Position numbers and translations under genes: made by a program. Of a stretch of 64,000 nt of DNA, positions 22,332 through 31,152 are shown piece after piece; position 1 is the stretch's first letter; every line of letters starts with the position of its first letter. The notes under the pieces are model-generated. The model worked only from the letters and a program-made list of their open reading frames with translations. It did not search any database and had not been told where the DNA came from. The stretch lies in IMG/VR virus record IMGVR_UViG_3300045988_112172; one strand, 5' to 3'. The DNA is from a virus.

Positions 22332-22372
22332 ACCGGTTCTCAGTCAGAGATGATAGAGAACCGGTTTCTTTT
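22332..22372 (+). terminator. strong hairpin terminator at the convergence of the plus and minus blocks
   Basis: Perfect 10-bp inverted repeat accggttctc / gagaaccggt with a 14-nt loop, then ttctttt. It lies between the ends of the convergent genes. Confidence 0.6.
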
Positions 22373-22406
22373 GTTATGAAAAAAAGGTATATAATTACCT
22401 AAGTTT

Positions 22407-22895
22407 TTAAGCATTAACTTCATGACCTCCCCTATCCGTGAAAACTAAACCAATACCTTCTATGATATGTCCTACTACAGGAGCTTTGTCAAATTCCTCC
22501 TTCGTAGCCCAAGTAGCATTATCAGGCATCAGATCCTTAAATGCATCCGAAACATCACCTTGGCACCAGCAGTTATTTGATGTAACAATACCCTTCCCTT
22601 CGATATTGATATACATTTTTCTTCCACCACATCCAAGGCTATTCCATCCTCTTGGCACGTTTTCCACCATAGGCTTAAGCACCCAGCTTTCACCGTCTAT
22701 CCTAACCCATCCAGGATCGTCTTTGTGCTTGTCGTACATATTTTGCCAAAAAGAGCATTCGTAGCACCATCCCATGTCTTCCATGACAGTTCTTATCTCA
22801 CACCTTTCAAATCCATCTGCATCCATCGTGTGCGGAGAATGAGGCTGGTGAGGGGTGCCACATTTTGGACATACGAGTTTTAAATTCTTTTTCAT
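22407..22895 (-). CDS. Cys-rich hypothetical protein (162 aa)
   Basis: ORF with several CxxC pairs (CPKCG ... CYEC ... CWC). Confidence 0.55.
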   Translation of the reverse strand: MKKNLKLVCPKCGTPHQPHSPHTMDADGFERCEIRTVMEDMGWCYECSFWQNMYDKHKDDPGWVRIDGESWVLKPMVENVPRGWNSLGCGGRKMYINIEGKGIVTSNNCWCQGDVSDAFKDLMPDNATWATKEEFDKAPVVGHIIEGIGLVFTDRGGHEVNA

Positions 22896-22896
22896 A

Positions 22897-23112
22897 TTAT
22901 TTAATTTTTACGATCTTAATAGAATCTCCGATATTGTATTCCCCTTGGTGTCCAACGAATTTTATGATTCTATTATGTTTAAATATTGAAATTCTTTCGT
23001 CTTCAGCATAATACATCACACGTCCACCCTGTAAAGGACGTAGATCATATATAACCCATCCGTCATTAACCTGATGATTATTTGAACATGATGATAATAC
23101 TAATGTCATCAA
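22897..23112 (-). CDS. possible small lipoprotein (71 aa)
   Basis: N-terminal ...LVLSSC lipobox-like motif; the listed start is TTG, and the in-frame upstream sequence KYFILL continues the hydrophobic signal. Confidence 0.35.
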   Translation of the reverse strand: MMTLVLSSCSNNHQVNDGWVIYDLRPLQGGRVMYYAEDERISIFKHNRIIKFVGHQGEYNIGDSIKIVKIK

Positions 23113-23137
23113 TAAAATAAAATACTTTATATTATTT

Positions 23138-23329
23138 TCAGCATAAAAATTTGTAACCTGGTTTTACAGCTTCCGCTTCTTCTCTCGTATCAAACATTAA
23201 GGTAGTGACAGCTCCTATTCCTTCACAAACGTAAGACACTTTCACCCACCACCTAAAAATCCCAGAGCCGTAATCATCATAGTACGGCTCAGAAAGAATC
23301 TCCTCTACATACCCATCCAAATAATTCAT
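23138..23329 (-). CDS. small hypothetical protein (63 aa)
   Basis: ORF within the tight minus-strand tiling. Confidence 0.35.
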   Translation of the reverse strand: MNYLDGYVEEILSEPYYDDYGSGIFRWWVKVSYVCEGIGAVTTLMFDTREEAEAVKPGYKFLC

Positions 23330-24048
23330 GATCGCTCCTCCTTGTTTTTAGATTCTGCTTCTTCGAGTATGCTGATCACCTTGTCAACAATATCCGAATC
23401 AGACATTTTCTCAATAAAAACATCCATTGCCTTAGTTATGTCATTGGCTTCTTTTTCTTCAAGAGCTATTTCTCCACCGGTAATAGCATCAGATAATGAT
23501 GTAGATAAGTGTCTTATCTTATCAATGCTCATAAACGTAAATGGATTACCACCCCATCCACCACCCATTTCTTTCATGATCTGATATCCACCTGAAATAA
23601 GTCTGCCTGATGTCGTGGCCAAGGAGGATACGATTAGGGACAGTACCGCCGCTTCCGTCCGCTCCTCGGACACACCCCTCGACCACACGGCTGCCCTTAT
23701 AGCGCCGGACAGGTCGTCTATGTATGGCATGAGGAAATCTTCCATCGCTTGTGTTATATCAGCTATAACCTCATTACGCTCTTTATTTATGTAGTAGATA
23801 GAAGCATTGTACCTCTTTATCTCTTTGTCCATATCATTTAAAAGACGCTTGATATTGTGCTTATACATAGGACCACCCTTAATCACTTCCTTTAGCTTAA
23901 GAATGTAATTATAAGCCTGGTCGTTTACGAACAACGTCATGGTCTCAACCGTTGAATGAAGCGTGTTAAGACTGTTAAGAATCTTATCGAAATTATTTAT
24001 CAAATAAGCTTTTCTGGCTTTTGCTGCGTAATTAATCATCGCATTCAA
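23326..24048 (-). CDS. hypothetical protein (240 aa)
   Basis: ORF with stop and start overlapping its neighbours. Confidence 0.6.
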   Translation of the reverse strand: MNAMINYAAKARKAYLINNFDKILNSLNTLHSTVETMTLFVNDQAYNYILKLKEVIKGGPMYKHNIKRLLNDMDKEIKRYNASIYYINKERNEVIADITQAMEDFLMPYIDDLSGAIRAAVWSRGVSEERTEAAVLSLIVSSLATTSGRLISGGYQIMKEMGGGWGGNPFTFMSIDKIRHLSTSLSDAITGGEIALEEKEANDITKAMDVFIEKMSDSDIVDKVISILEEAESKNKEERS

Positions 24049-24562
24049 ATTTTAGATTTTCAAGTTCATTCAATTGTTTCTTAATAGATTCGATCAGGTG
24101 CGCTCTCCGTTCCTCTGCATGTTTTAGAGCTTCTTCTTTGCTCTCAAAAGCATCCCTTCCTATTTCATAAGGAGTGAACCTATCAGGAATGTCAGCTAAC
24201 AAAAGACCACCATACTCTTCTATTTTAGCTTTTACTTTTCTTATTATACCGTCTCTCAGGCACGCATCCGTAACCCATATAAATCTATCACATTCTTCTA
24301 ATTCCCTTTCGTACAATTCATACCATTCCGGCTTAGGGAATCTTAATGTGAATCTAATTTCGGTATCTTTCTCTAAGACATTAATATCATACGCCTCCGG
24401 CCACAGTTCTTTTATGCTGTCTTCATCTTCAGCATACGCCACCAATACAAATGAATTACTGGATTCTGCGCTACACCAATACGGGTATTTTATAGGCCAT
24501 TTGACTGGACGGTAATCATTGTCACAGTCATCCTTTCTAATGTGAAATCTTGCTCTGATCAT
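24032..24562 (-). CDS. hypothetical protein (176 aa)
   Basis: ORF in the operon-like tiling. Confidence 0.6.
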   Translation of the reverse strand: MIRARFHIRKDDCDNDYRPVKWPIKYPYWCSAESSNSFVLVAYAEDEDSIKELWPEAYDINVLEKDTEIRFTLRFPKPEWYELYERELEECDRFIWVTDACLRDGIIRKVKAKIEEYGGLLLADIPDRFTPYEIGRDAFESKEEALKHAEERRAHLIESIKKQLNELENLKFECDD

Positions 24563-24563
24563 A

Positions 24564-24872
24564 TTATTCTACTTTTTTGATTTCGCTCAAATCGTCTTCA
24601 TACACCAAATAAGATCCTCTTCCAGGTCTTCCTTCTTTATTGGGTGCCTGGATCGTAAATATAACTGTTCCAGTACTCATGATTTGAACGATCTTGAAGA
24701 AACCAACAAGAGATTCTTTCGAACGTTTGTAAAGAACGCTCACTTTATCTCCCTTCTTGAATCCATAAACAGAATCGAAATAATCCTTTTTAATTCTTTC
24801 AATATTACTTCTGTGTTTGTCCATTGCTTCAAACTCGTCGTCTAACAGACGAATCATTTGTTCTTTTGTCAT
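24564..24872 (-). CDS. hypothetical protein (102 aa)
   Basis: ORF in the operon-like tiling. Confidence 0.55.
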   Translation of the reverse strand: MTKEQMIRLLDDEFEAMDKHRSNIERIKKDYFDSVYGFKKGDKVSVLYKRSKESLVGFFKIVQIMSTGTVIFTIQAPNKEGRPGRGSYLVYEDDLSEIKKVE

Positions 24873-25426
24873 TCCTTTTCCTCCTTATTCAATGGTATTA
24901 ATCCTTTTCCGTGCTTATCATACCACAGCATAGCTATACAATTCCACGCACATTGTGCAAGATGAAAACACCCTGTATCTGAGTCTATTCTTTCTCCTTT
25001 CATGTATTCCATTAGGTGTCGAAATATTGCAGCACGATACCGTTCAATGCCATTGTCAAGATTCTGCCAAGTATTAGGACCGTACTTTTTGGCTCCGGCA
25101 TGATAGACTTTTACAATGTCCTCAATCTCTTCCATTGGAAGCAAATCCCATCGTAGTTTATCATCAATGATGTCATTTTTCACCGATTTGTTTTCTATGG
25201 GGTCTTTGGTAAGAATAATATCCATAATATCCGTTTCTATGACGAACGTCTCCCCATTGCAACAAACCTCAGCATATTTATCATTTACTTCTATGTCTGA
25301 TACTGCCTCCGCTATAGCTCCTTTGACGATTTTAAATTCGGCACTGATTATATCATCTTTTAATATGCGAAAAATAGATCCTTTTGGATAAAGGATATTT
25401 TTAGTATTATCATCCATCTTTTCCAT
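24869..25426 (-). CDS. dATP/dGTP pyrophosphohydrolase-domain (MazG-like, phage type) protein (185 aa)
   Basis: The C-terminal half (RWDLLPMEEIEDIVKVYHAGAKKYGPNTWQNL ... YRAAIFRHLMEY ... GERIDSDTGCFHLAQCAWNCIAMLW) matches the conserved pattern of the phage dATP/dGTP diphosphohydrolase N-terminal domain family. Confidence 0.5.
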   Translation of the reverse strand: MEKMDDNTKNILYPKGSIFRILKDDIISAEFKIVKGAIAEAVSDIEVNDKYAEVCCNGETFVIETDIMDIILTKDPIENKSVKNDIIDDKLRWDLLPMEEIEDIVKVYHAGAKKYGPNTWQNLDNGIERYRAAIFRHLMEYMKGERIDSDTGCFHLAQCAWNCIAMLWYDKHGKGLIPLNKEEKE

Positions 25427-25478
25427 TGCTTTATCGTTGTTTTACCTCATTTCGATAGTAATATAATCCATCTTCGTC

Positions 25479-25766
25479 TTATACCCTATCATTTCTGTTT
25501 TTCTCAAAATACTGTCTTACGGCTTCAATCGCCTTATCGTCATCAAAAGCCTCTACAAACCCCTCATAGAATCTATTTCGCTCCATAGAGAACGTATTGC
25601 TTCCATCCGGAATGGTTCTGAACACAACTACCTTCTCTCCATCTACGTTCGTTTCTATGATGTTGTTATGGAGAATAATAGAATACCGCCCAGAGTTTTT
25701 GTTCTGGACGACACTATGTTCGAGATTGTAGAGTCTAAGTAGTTCTCTTATTTCTTTTACTCCCAT
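25479..25766 (-). CDS. hypothetical protein (95 aa)
   Basis: ORF. Confidence 0.5.
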   Translation of the reverse strand: MGVKEIRELLRLYNLEHSVVQNKNSGRYSIILHNNIIETNVDGEKVVVFRTIPDGSNTFSMERNRFYEGFVEAFDDDKAIEAVRQYFEKNRNDRV

Positions 25767-25767
25767 A

Positions 25768-26484
25768 TTATTTTACGTTTTTAGAAGTTACAGCCTCTTC
25801 TCCCCATTTCTTTACATATATAGATCTCATCATGTTCATTAAATTAGAGAAAGAAGAGATGGTTCCCATTTCTATACAAAATGCAAGATTAGATTGAAGC
25901 ATTTCAAGTTCTTTTAACTGCTCTTGAGTTGCTCTGTTATCTAAAACATATTTATGTTTATTGAATACAATCCAGTTTAACTTATCAGCCATTTCTATAT
26001 AATCAACATCTTCAAATTTTGATACAGACCTTGAAAGAGTATTGTATTTATCCCCTATCTCTATTCTATCCAAAATAAGTTTATCATTTAACCATCCAGT
26101 AACTTCTGCATACAGCATAGGATTTAATTCTATAGCGACTAATACCCATATGTAGGGATCACACATAACATTTCTGTTTGTTCCTCTTCCTGTAGTCTTA
26201 TAGGCATTATACCACTTCATTACTTTTATCAAAGAGTTGTTTTCCACTATATCCATAAACTCTTTCAAGGTTTCACTTTTTATGTATTTCTGTTTTTTAA
26301 GAATATAAAATATCCTTTCTGCACTCTCCTTGTTCGAAAGAATATTTTCTATTCTCTTATCATTCCACCCCATCTCCACTCTTTTTCTTGTATATGCCTC
26401 TTGTAATCCAGTTAATGACATAAAGGAAGTTTTAATGTCCTGTCTGATTACCACTCCATACAATAACCTGTCTTTAGAAATCAT
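25768..26484 (-). CDS. KilA-N/APSES-like DNA-binding domain protein (238 aa)
   Basis: Central segment TGRGTNRNVMCDPYIWVLVAIELNPMLYAEVTGWL resembles the KilA-N core. Confidence 0.45.
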   Translation of the reverse strand: MISKDRLLYGVVIRQDIKTSFMSLTGLQEAYTRKRVEMGWNDKRIENILSNKESAERIFYILKKQKYIKSETLKEFMDIVENNSLIKVMKWYNAYKTTGRGTNRNVMCDPYIWVLVAIELNPMLYAEVTGWLNDKLILDRIEIGDKYNTLSRSVSKFEDVDYIEMADKLNWIVFNKHKYVLDNRATQEQLKELEMLQSNLAFCIEMGTISSFSNLMNMMRSIYVKKWGEEAVTSKNVK

Positions 26485-26510
26485 AACTTTTAAATTATTT
26501 AATAAAATAA

Positions 26511-26566
26511 GCTTGTATTAAAATTACACGACGTAAAAATATAGATTGTGTAACTTTAATACAAGC
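26511..26566. promoter_or_regulatory. 19-bp inverted repeat (one mismatch) with an 18-nt spacer in an intergenic gap; candidate operator or terminator
   Basis: gcttgtattaaaattacac ... gtgtaactttaatacaagc, between the stop of gene 26605-26961 and the start of gene 25768-26484. Confidence 0.4.
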
Positions 26567-26604
26567 GTATTGTGTTAAATTTTACTTATAGTGTTTTTAT
26601 GTGT

Positions 26605-26961
26605 TCATATTATTCCTTCTAAATTTACTTTTATAGAACCATTTATGGTTTTAATGCTCCCATCTATGGTTGAAATCACATCATCTATATCATTTATAAT
26701 GCCTTCCATGTCATCAACCACCTCCTCCATATCAGTTACAGCCCGATCTGATTCCCAATATCTTTCTGAGTCTTGTAACGATTCCGGTATATTATCTCTC
26801 GCCTCCGTCTCTTCATCTAAAATCATATCAATATCATCTTTGGCTGAATTTATGTTGTGCTTTAACTCCGATAACTTTGATTTGATGTATTCAAAATCTG
26901 TTTTATACTTATTTGCGTTTTTGATAACATCTGATATTTTTTTTCTTCTCTTGTTGTTCAT
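26605..26961 (-). CDS. hypothetical acidic coiled-coil protein (118 aa)
   Basis: ORF. Confidence 0.5.
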   Translation of the reverse strand: MNNKRRKKISDVIKNANKYKTDFEYIKSKLSELKHNINSAKDDIDMILDEETEARDNIPESLQDSERYWESDRAVTDMEEVVDDMEGIINDIDDVISTIDGSIKTINGSIKVNLEGII

Positions 26962-28382
26962 GCTTTTATCCTATTATAATATTCGATAATCTTTTCTTTC
27001 CTATCTCCCGGTTTTACTGCCATATTCTCAGCCAAGAACCTAAAATACGACACCGGTATGTCCTTGAATCTAATTCCTTCATATTTTCCAAACCACATTA
27101 TTATACTGTCAAGATCGTCTTCTCTCCTACCATCTCCATTCACAGATTTAAGAGAAGCTGCCCGGCGAAGGATTTCGTCTTTGGTAATAATATCCCCCAT
27201 CCTTATATTGGATAGAAGCTGATTGCCGGCAAACATACACCAGCCCTTAGAAGGAAATTGTTCGATCGTTAAATCTTCTATCCGGCCGAAACGCCTCATG
27301 TTGTCGCAGCAATCAACTATCAGTGCCTCTTTCTTGTCAGGATGAATACGAACGCACCTGCCGAGCACCTGGTAATATGTTGAATATGAGAATGTTGGGC
27401 GCCCAAACATCACACAATCAAGTTCGGGAAAATCAAATCCGGTAGCAAGCGTTGAATAATTAAAAACCACCTTCAACTTACCTTCTTTGAAATCGGATAT
27501 GATTTGTTCTCTTTTCTTTTTGGTTGTTAGCGATGTTACGACGCCGGTTATGGCTCCCATCCTGGCATTCATGAACTCTGATATTCTATTACATGATTCG
27601 ATAGAATCCATGCAAACCAAAATGGCTTTACGCTCGTTCATAAGCTGAAGAAGACGCTTATAGATAGAGTTGTTTAAGCCATTTCGTACAATACTTTCTT
27701 TAATAGATTCGTTGGTGTATTCGGCCCCGGTACTGTTTAACATCAGAGCCGATTCATCAAAAGACCATCGTTCGTACTTAAGAGGGCACCAAAATCCCTG
27801 AGAAGTTAGCTCTTGTATTTGAGTCACATGAACTATCTTCTTAAAGAAGTTATGTTCGTCTTTCGTCAGCATATTGAGCTTGCTATAGTTCCCTTCCAGC
27901 ATGGAGCTGTAGGTCCGGAGGCGGCAGGGCGTGGCAGTGAAGCCCAGCACCTTCGCCTCTGGGAACTCGTTCATAAACTCCATAAATTCAGAACCTTCTT
28001 CAGGAGAATACCCGCTATGCACCTCATCTATCAATAACGTGTTTATCCCTATATCTTTCAACCTTGCTACGTCTTTCTTTATGCTTTTAAGTGTAGCATA
28101 GGTCATATCCGATAACTCTTTCTTTTTACATGAAGCAGAATATATAGTAGGCTCAGAACCGAATGATACGGCCTTCGCATAATTCTGCTCCAGAATCTCT
28201 TTAGATGGCTGTAATACAAGGATGGGTCTTTTTAATTCATGAGCTATCTTGCTGATTATCAAAGATTTACCCGCTGCACACGGCAAGACTTCTATGCCAG
28301 GCTTCTTAGATCTTCCTGTAAGAAACTTAAGCCCGGCATCTACTGCCTCTTTTTGGTAAGGTCTAAGTTCAAAGCCCATCAC
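26958..28382 (-). CDS. SF2 DExH-box DNA helicase (474 aa)
   Basis: LRPYQKEAVD (Q-motif and motif I region), AAGKS, LLIDEVH (DEVH motif II) and GFTATP (motif III), followed by a C-terminal helicase lobe. Confidence 0.75.
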   Translation of the reverse strand: MMGFELRPYQKEAVDAGLKFLTGRSKKPGIEVLPCAAGKSLIISKIAHELKRPILVLQPSKEILEQNYAKAVSFGSEPTIYSASCKKKELSDMTYATLKSIKKDVARLKDIGINTLLIDEVHSGYSPEEGSEFMEFMNEFPEAKVLGFTATPCRLRTYSSMLEGNYSKLNMLTKDEHNFFKKIVHVTQIQELTSQGFWCPLKYERWSFDESALMLNSTGAEYTNESIKESIVRNGLNNSIYKRLLQLMNERKAILVCMDSIESCNRISEFMNARMGAITGVVTSLTTKKKREQIISDFKEGKLKVVFNYSTLATGFDFPELDCVMFGRPTFSYSTYYQVLGRCVRIHPDKKEALIVDCCDNMRRFGRIEDLTIEQFPSKGWCMFAGNQLLSNIRMGDIITKDEILRRAASLKSVNGDGRREDDLDSIIMWFGKYEGIRFKDIPVSYFRFLAENMAVKPGDRKEKIIEYYNRIKA

Positions 28383-28746
28383 AATCTATTATATTATTTT
28401 TTGAAAGTTCTATTATCGCCTCTTTCAACATCTCCCTTGCTTTATCTTCGTTATCTTCAAGCAAGCATACACTGCACGATATGCCCATACGATCTCCATA
28501 AGCCTCGGCATTACCTAATGTGAATGCGCAGCAGTAATCATAATCCATGTTTTTTGCTACGGTAATAAACTGATTATCTTCTATCAGTACAGCATATTCA
28601 GCATTGGTTTCACACATGATAATGGCTTTATCTTTTTTTATAGACAATACCTTGTTTCTGAAAAGTCCGTTATAAATCCATAGTTCCTTTCCTGCATTTT
28701 TATAAAACGCAGCCATATCTTCCTTGATTGTAACTTCTTTTTTCAT
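28369..28746 (-). CDS. hypothetical protein (125 aa)
   Basis: ORF. Confidence 0.5.
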   Translation of the reverse strand: MKKEVTIKEDMAAFYKNAGKELWIYNGLFRNKVLSIKKDKAIIMCETNAEYAVLIEDNQFITVAKNMDYDYCCAFTLGNAEAYGDRMGISCSVCLLEDNEDKAREMLKEAIIELSKNNIIDCDGL

Positions 28747-28749
28747 GAC

Positions 28750-29106
28750 TTACTTGTGTTTAACATCAGTAATTAAAACATATCTTTTAACAATATCTTC
28801 AAGACTCACAGAAGAACGTATATATAGTTTTTCTTCGTACTCATATAGAGCGTACCCTTCTTTTATGTCTAATATCTTAATCACATGCTTGCCTCTTTCA
28901 AATGGATCCTTAAAGTAGCTCTTATGTTCGTATCTTTGACCGACTTTGATTTTGTCAGTTTTCTTCTTCATCTTATAACGATCTACTGCTCTACCTGTTT
29001 TTATGAAAGCTGTCGTGAGTAAGTATAATAAAACTAAATACAAAAGGATCGCTACTCCACATATTAGATCTTCTTTCATTGGACTCCTTTTAAATAGTTG
29101 AACCAT
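28750..29106 (-). CDS. hypothetical membrane protein (118 aa)
   Basis: N-terminal hydrophobic helix (AILLYLVLLYLLTTAFI). Confidence 0.45.
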   Translation of the reverse strand: MVQLFKRSPMKEDLICGVAILLYLVLLYLLTTAFIKTGRAVDRYKMKKKTDKIKVGQRYEHKSYFKDPFERGKHVIKILDIKEGYALYEYEEKLYIRSSVSLEDIVKRYVLITDVKHK

Positions 29107-29245
29107 ATATCCTCCATCTTCTCCTGAAGCTCAAACGCTTTCTTGAAATTCTCGCATCGTACAGCAACGTCTCTCATGTATGTCAAGTTTATAACTTCCG
29201 GATCTTGCCGGTATTTTGTTCTTAACTTTTGAACGTCCTCGTATT

Positions 29246-30265
29246 TCATCGTTTTATCTTTTTAGACGGATCCCAATCCGAAGAGAAAGGGCATTCGTTT
29301 TTGTTATGTAATCCAAAGTCACAATAATAACACAGTGCTGACGGGCAGGGTAGCTTGTTTTGCGAAACAGGCTGGCTTAGGGTGGCACGCCTCTTGCTAT
29401 ACCTGGTTCCTTCTGCTCCCTGGATGTATGCTTGAAATGCTTTTACACTATTATCTTCAAAATCATACATTTTAGACAAAGTGTCATTTAGCATCTCTAT
29501 AGATTTTGTTTTACGTTCCTCATCTACCTTAACCTTTTGGTACTGTCTGGTCCTGGTAAAGAAATAGATGTTCATATCTGGCAGAACTCCGCCATATCTT
29601 CTATAGATGTAAAATGAATATATAGGATGCTGTAAATTTGTTTCCAACTTCTTAGAGTCAAAAACCTTATTACCGGATTTCCAATCTATGACATAATGGT
29701 GAACTACGTTCTTGCTTTTTATAGCCAGATGAAGGTCTACCGATCCTACTATGTACACATGAGTATGAACGGTCCCATTTATATCAACAGGCTTAGGAAG
29801 ACGGTACGGCAGCACAAAATCTTCTTCGACTCCAACTATGGCGCCGTGTCTGATAAGTTTCTCGCAGGGATTAAGATCACTATCAGCTATCATAAACCTA
29901 TTGCCGTCTTTTTTGAACAGATCCACAATCCAAGCAAGAAGTTCCCCAGATTGCTTCATGGCCATCATCATATTTTCCGGTGATTGCCAAGGTATGTCCT
30001 CCTGGTAAGCATAGTAACTTATCGCTTCTCCAAGGTCTTTACCAGAAGGCTGTCTTCCGTTCTTAAAAAAGTATTCCAGTGTCTTATGGATAACCGTACC
30101 ATAAGACGTAGCTTCTTGTTTTTCCGTAGACCTTTTGCCCTCTACGTAAGTCTTATACCATTTCATTGGACAGGTAAGAAACGTATCTATCTGGGAATAA
30201 GATATGGCAAGACGTTTCACACCATTAAACTCCTTATATAGCAAATGCGTTTCCGGGACCATCAT
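29246..30265 (-). CDS. PD-(D/E)XK nuclease, Cas4/RecB-like, with a C-terminal Cys cluster (339 aa)
   Basis: VGSVDLH ... VIDWKSGN (motif II/III-like D ... D/ExK pattern) and a C-terminal CPSALCYYC ... C cluster, as seen in Cas4/AddB-type nucleases. Confidence 0.6.
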   Translation of the reverse strand: MMVPETHLLYKEFNGVKRLAISYSQIDTFLTCPMKWYKTYVEGKRSTEKQEATSYGTVIHKTLEYFFKNGRQPSGKDLGEAISYYAYQEDIPWQSPENMMMAMKQSGELLAWIVDLFKKDGNRFMIADSDLNPCEKLIRHGAIVGVEEDFVLPYRLPKPVDINGTVHTHVYIVGSVDLHLAIKSKNVVHHYVIDWKSGNKVFDSKKLETNLQHPIYSFYIYRRYGGVLPDMNIYFFTRTRQYQKVKVDEERKTKSIEMLNDTLSKMYDFEDNSVKAFQAYIQGAEGTRYSKRRATLSQPVSQNKLPCPSALCYYCDFGLHNKNECPFSSDWDPSKKIKR

Positions 30266-30609
30266 AAGTCATTGTCTTTAAATCCTTCCGGGTAATATAC
30301 GACATACTTCTTACCGTCTTCTGGTGTCATGGCAAACTGCATGTAGTTATTACGATTACGATGCTTGCCATCTAATCCTCGCTTCCAATACAGGATGCCG
30401 TCTATATCCACATAAGACCGTCCGCGTTCGGCTCTAACTACGTCCGTGTGTAGCAGATACCCGTCGGAAGACACAATCCATACTTTATCCCCTTTGTTTA
30501 AATAAGATATTCTTTTTCTTACAACAACCTTTTTCTTATTATCCAATACAAATTCCTCATCAGTCATACTCTTCATCCTCCTCTTCTTCTGTTTCAAAAT
30601 CAATTCCAT
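30262..30609 (-). CDS. hypothetical protein (115 aa)
   Basis: ORF with its stop overlapping the nuclease start. Confidence 0.55.
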   Translation of the reverse strand: MELILKQKKRRMKSMTDEEFVLDNKKKVVVRKRISYLNKGDKVWIVSSDGYLLHTDVVRAERGRSYVDIDGILYWKRGLDGKHRNRNNYMQFAMTPEDGKKYVVYYPEGFKDNDL

Positions 30610-30639
30610 ATCCCATATTCTATTAAATATATTTAAAGC

Positions 30640-31152
30640 TATTCGTATGTTTTAATACATCCCCTCGGAGACCTTTCGGTCTCCTTGGTAGATGTAAATC
30701 CCGTTAGGGATAAGTCAGGATTTCTCCTGTAAGTACCCATCGCCAATGTTATTTAAGGTTTTGAATAAGCAACACTGTTCCTGAATACCAGAACTGTTTA
30801 ATCACTTACCTTAGAGCTACAGACTTGGGCAAACATCCGTAGGTAACTATCTATTCTTAAATAACGTAGCCTTTGTTTCAAGGCTTAGGCTAATAACCCG
30901 ATCTCTTAAAGAGATGTATTAAACTTTTATAATAGAATTATATTGGTTTAATACTATTTGGGGTTATAACACTGATCATAATGATTGGTCAGTTCTTCTG
31001 GTTCTAAATCTTGTCCAAAATCCATGTTAAAAATATCGTAATTAGTAAAGCACTAAAAATCACTATTCCTGCTGGCATGAAATCTATAAATGCTGCTTTT
31101 GCTTCTTCAATTAGGCCCAAGTGTAACCTTGGGCCATTGTATTTATTTTTTG
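30640..31152 (+). ncRNA. candidate structured noncoding RNA (about 500 nt), antisense to the flanking gene block
   Basis: A 530-bp stretch with no ORF of 60 aa or more on either strand, inside an otherwise gap-free gene block. It is GC-richer than its surroundings. It has several perfect hairpins (GGAGACC-tttc-GGTCTCC, CAGGA-tttc-TCCTG, ATCTCTT-aa-AGAGAT, AGCCT ... AGGCT). It ends in a canonical plus-strand terminator (8-bp stem ggcccaag / cttgggcc at 31114-31135, followed by attgtatttattttttg). Confidence 0.4.
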
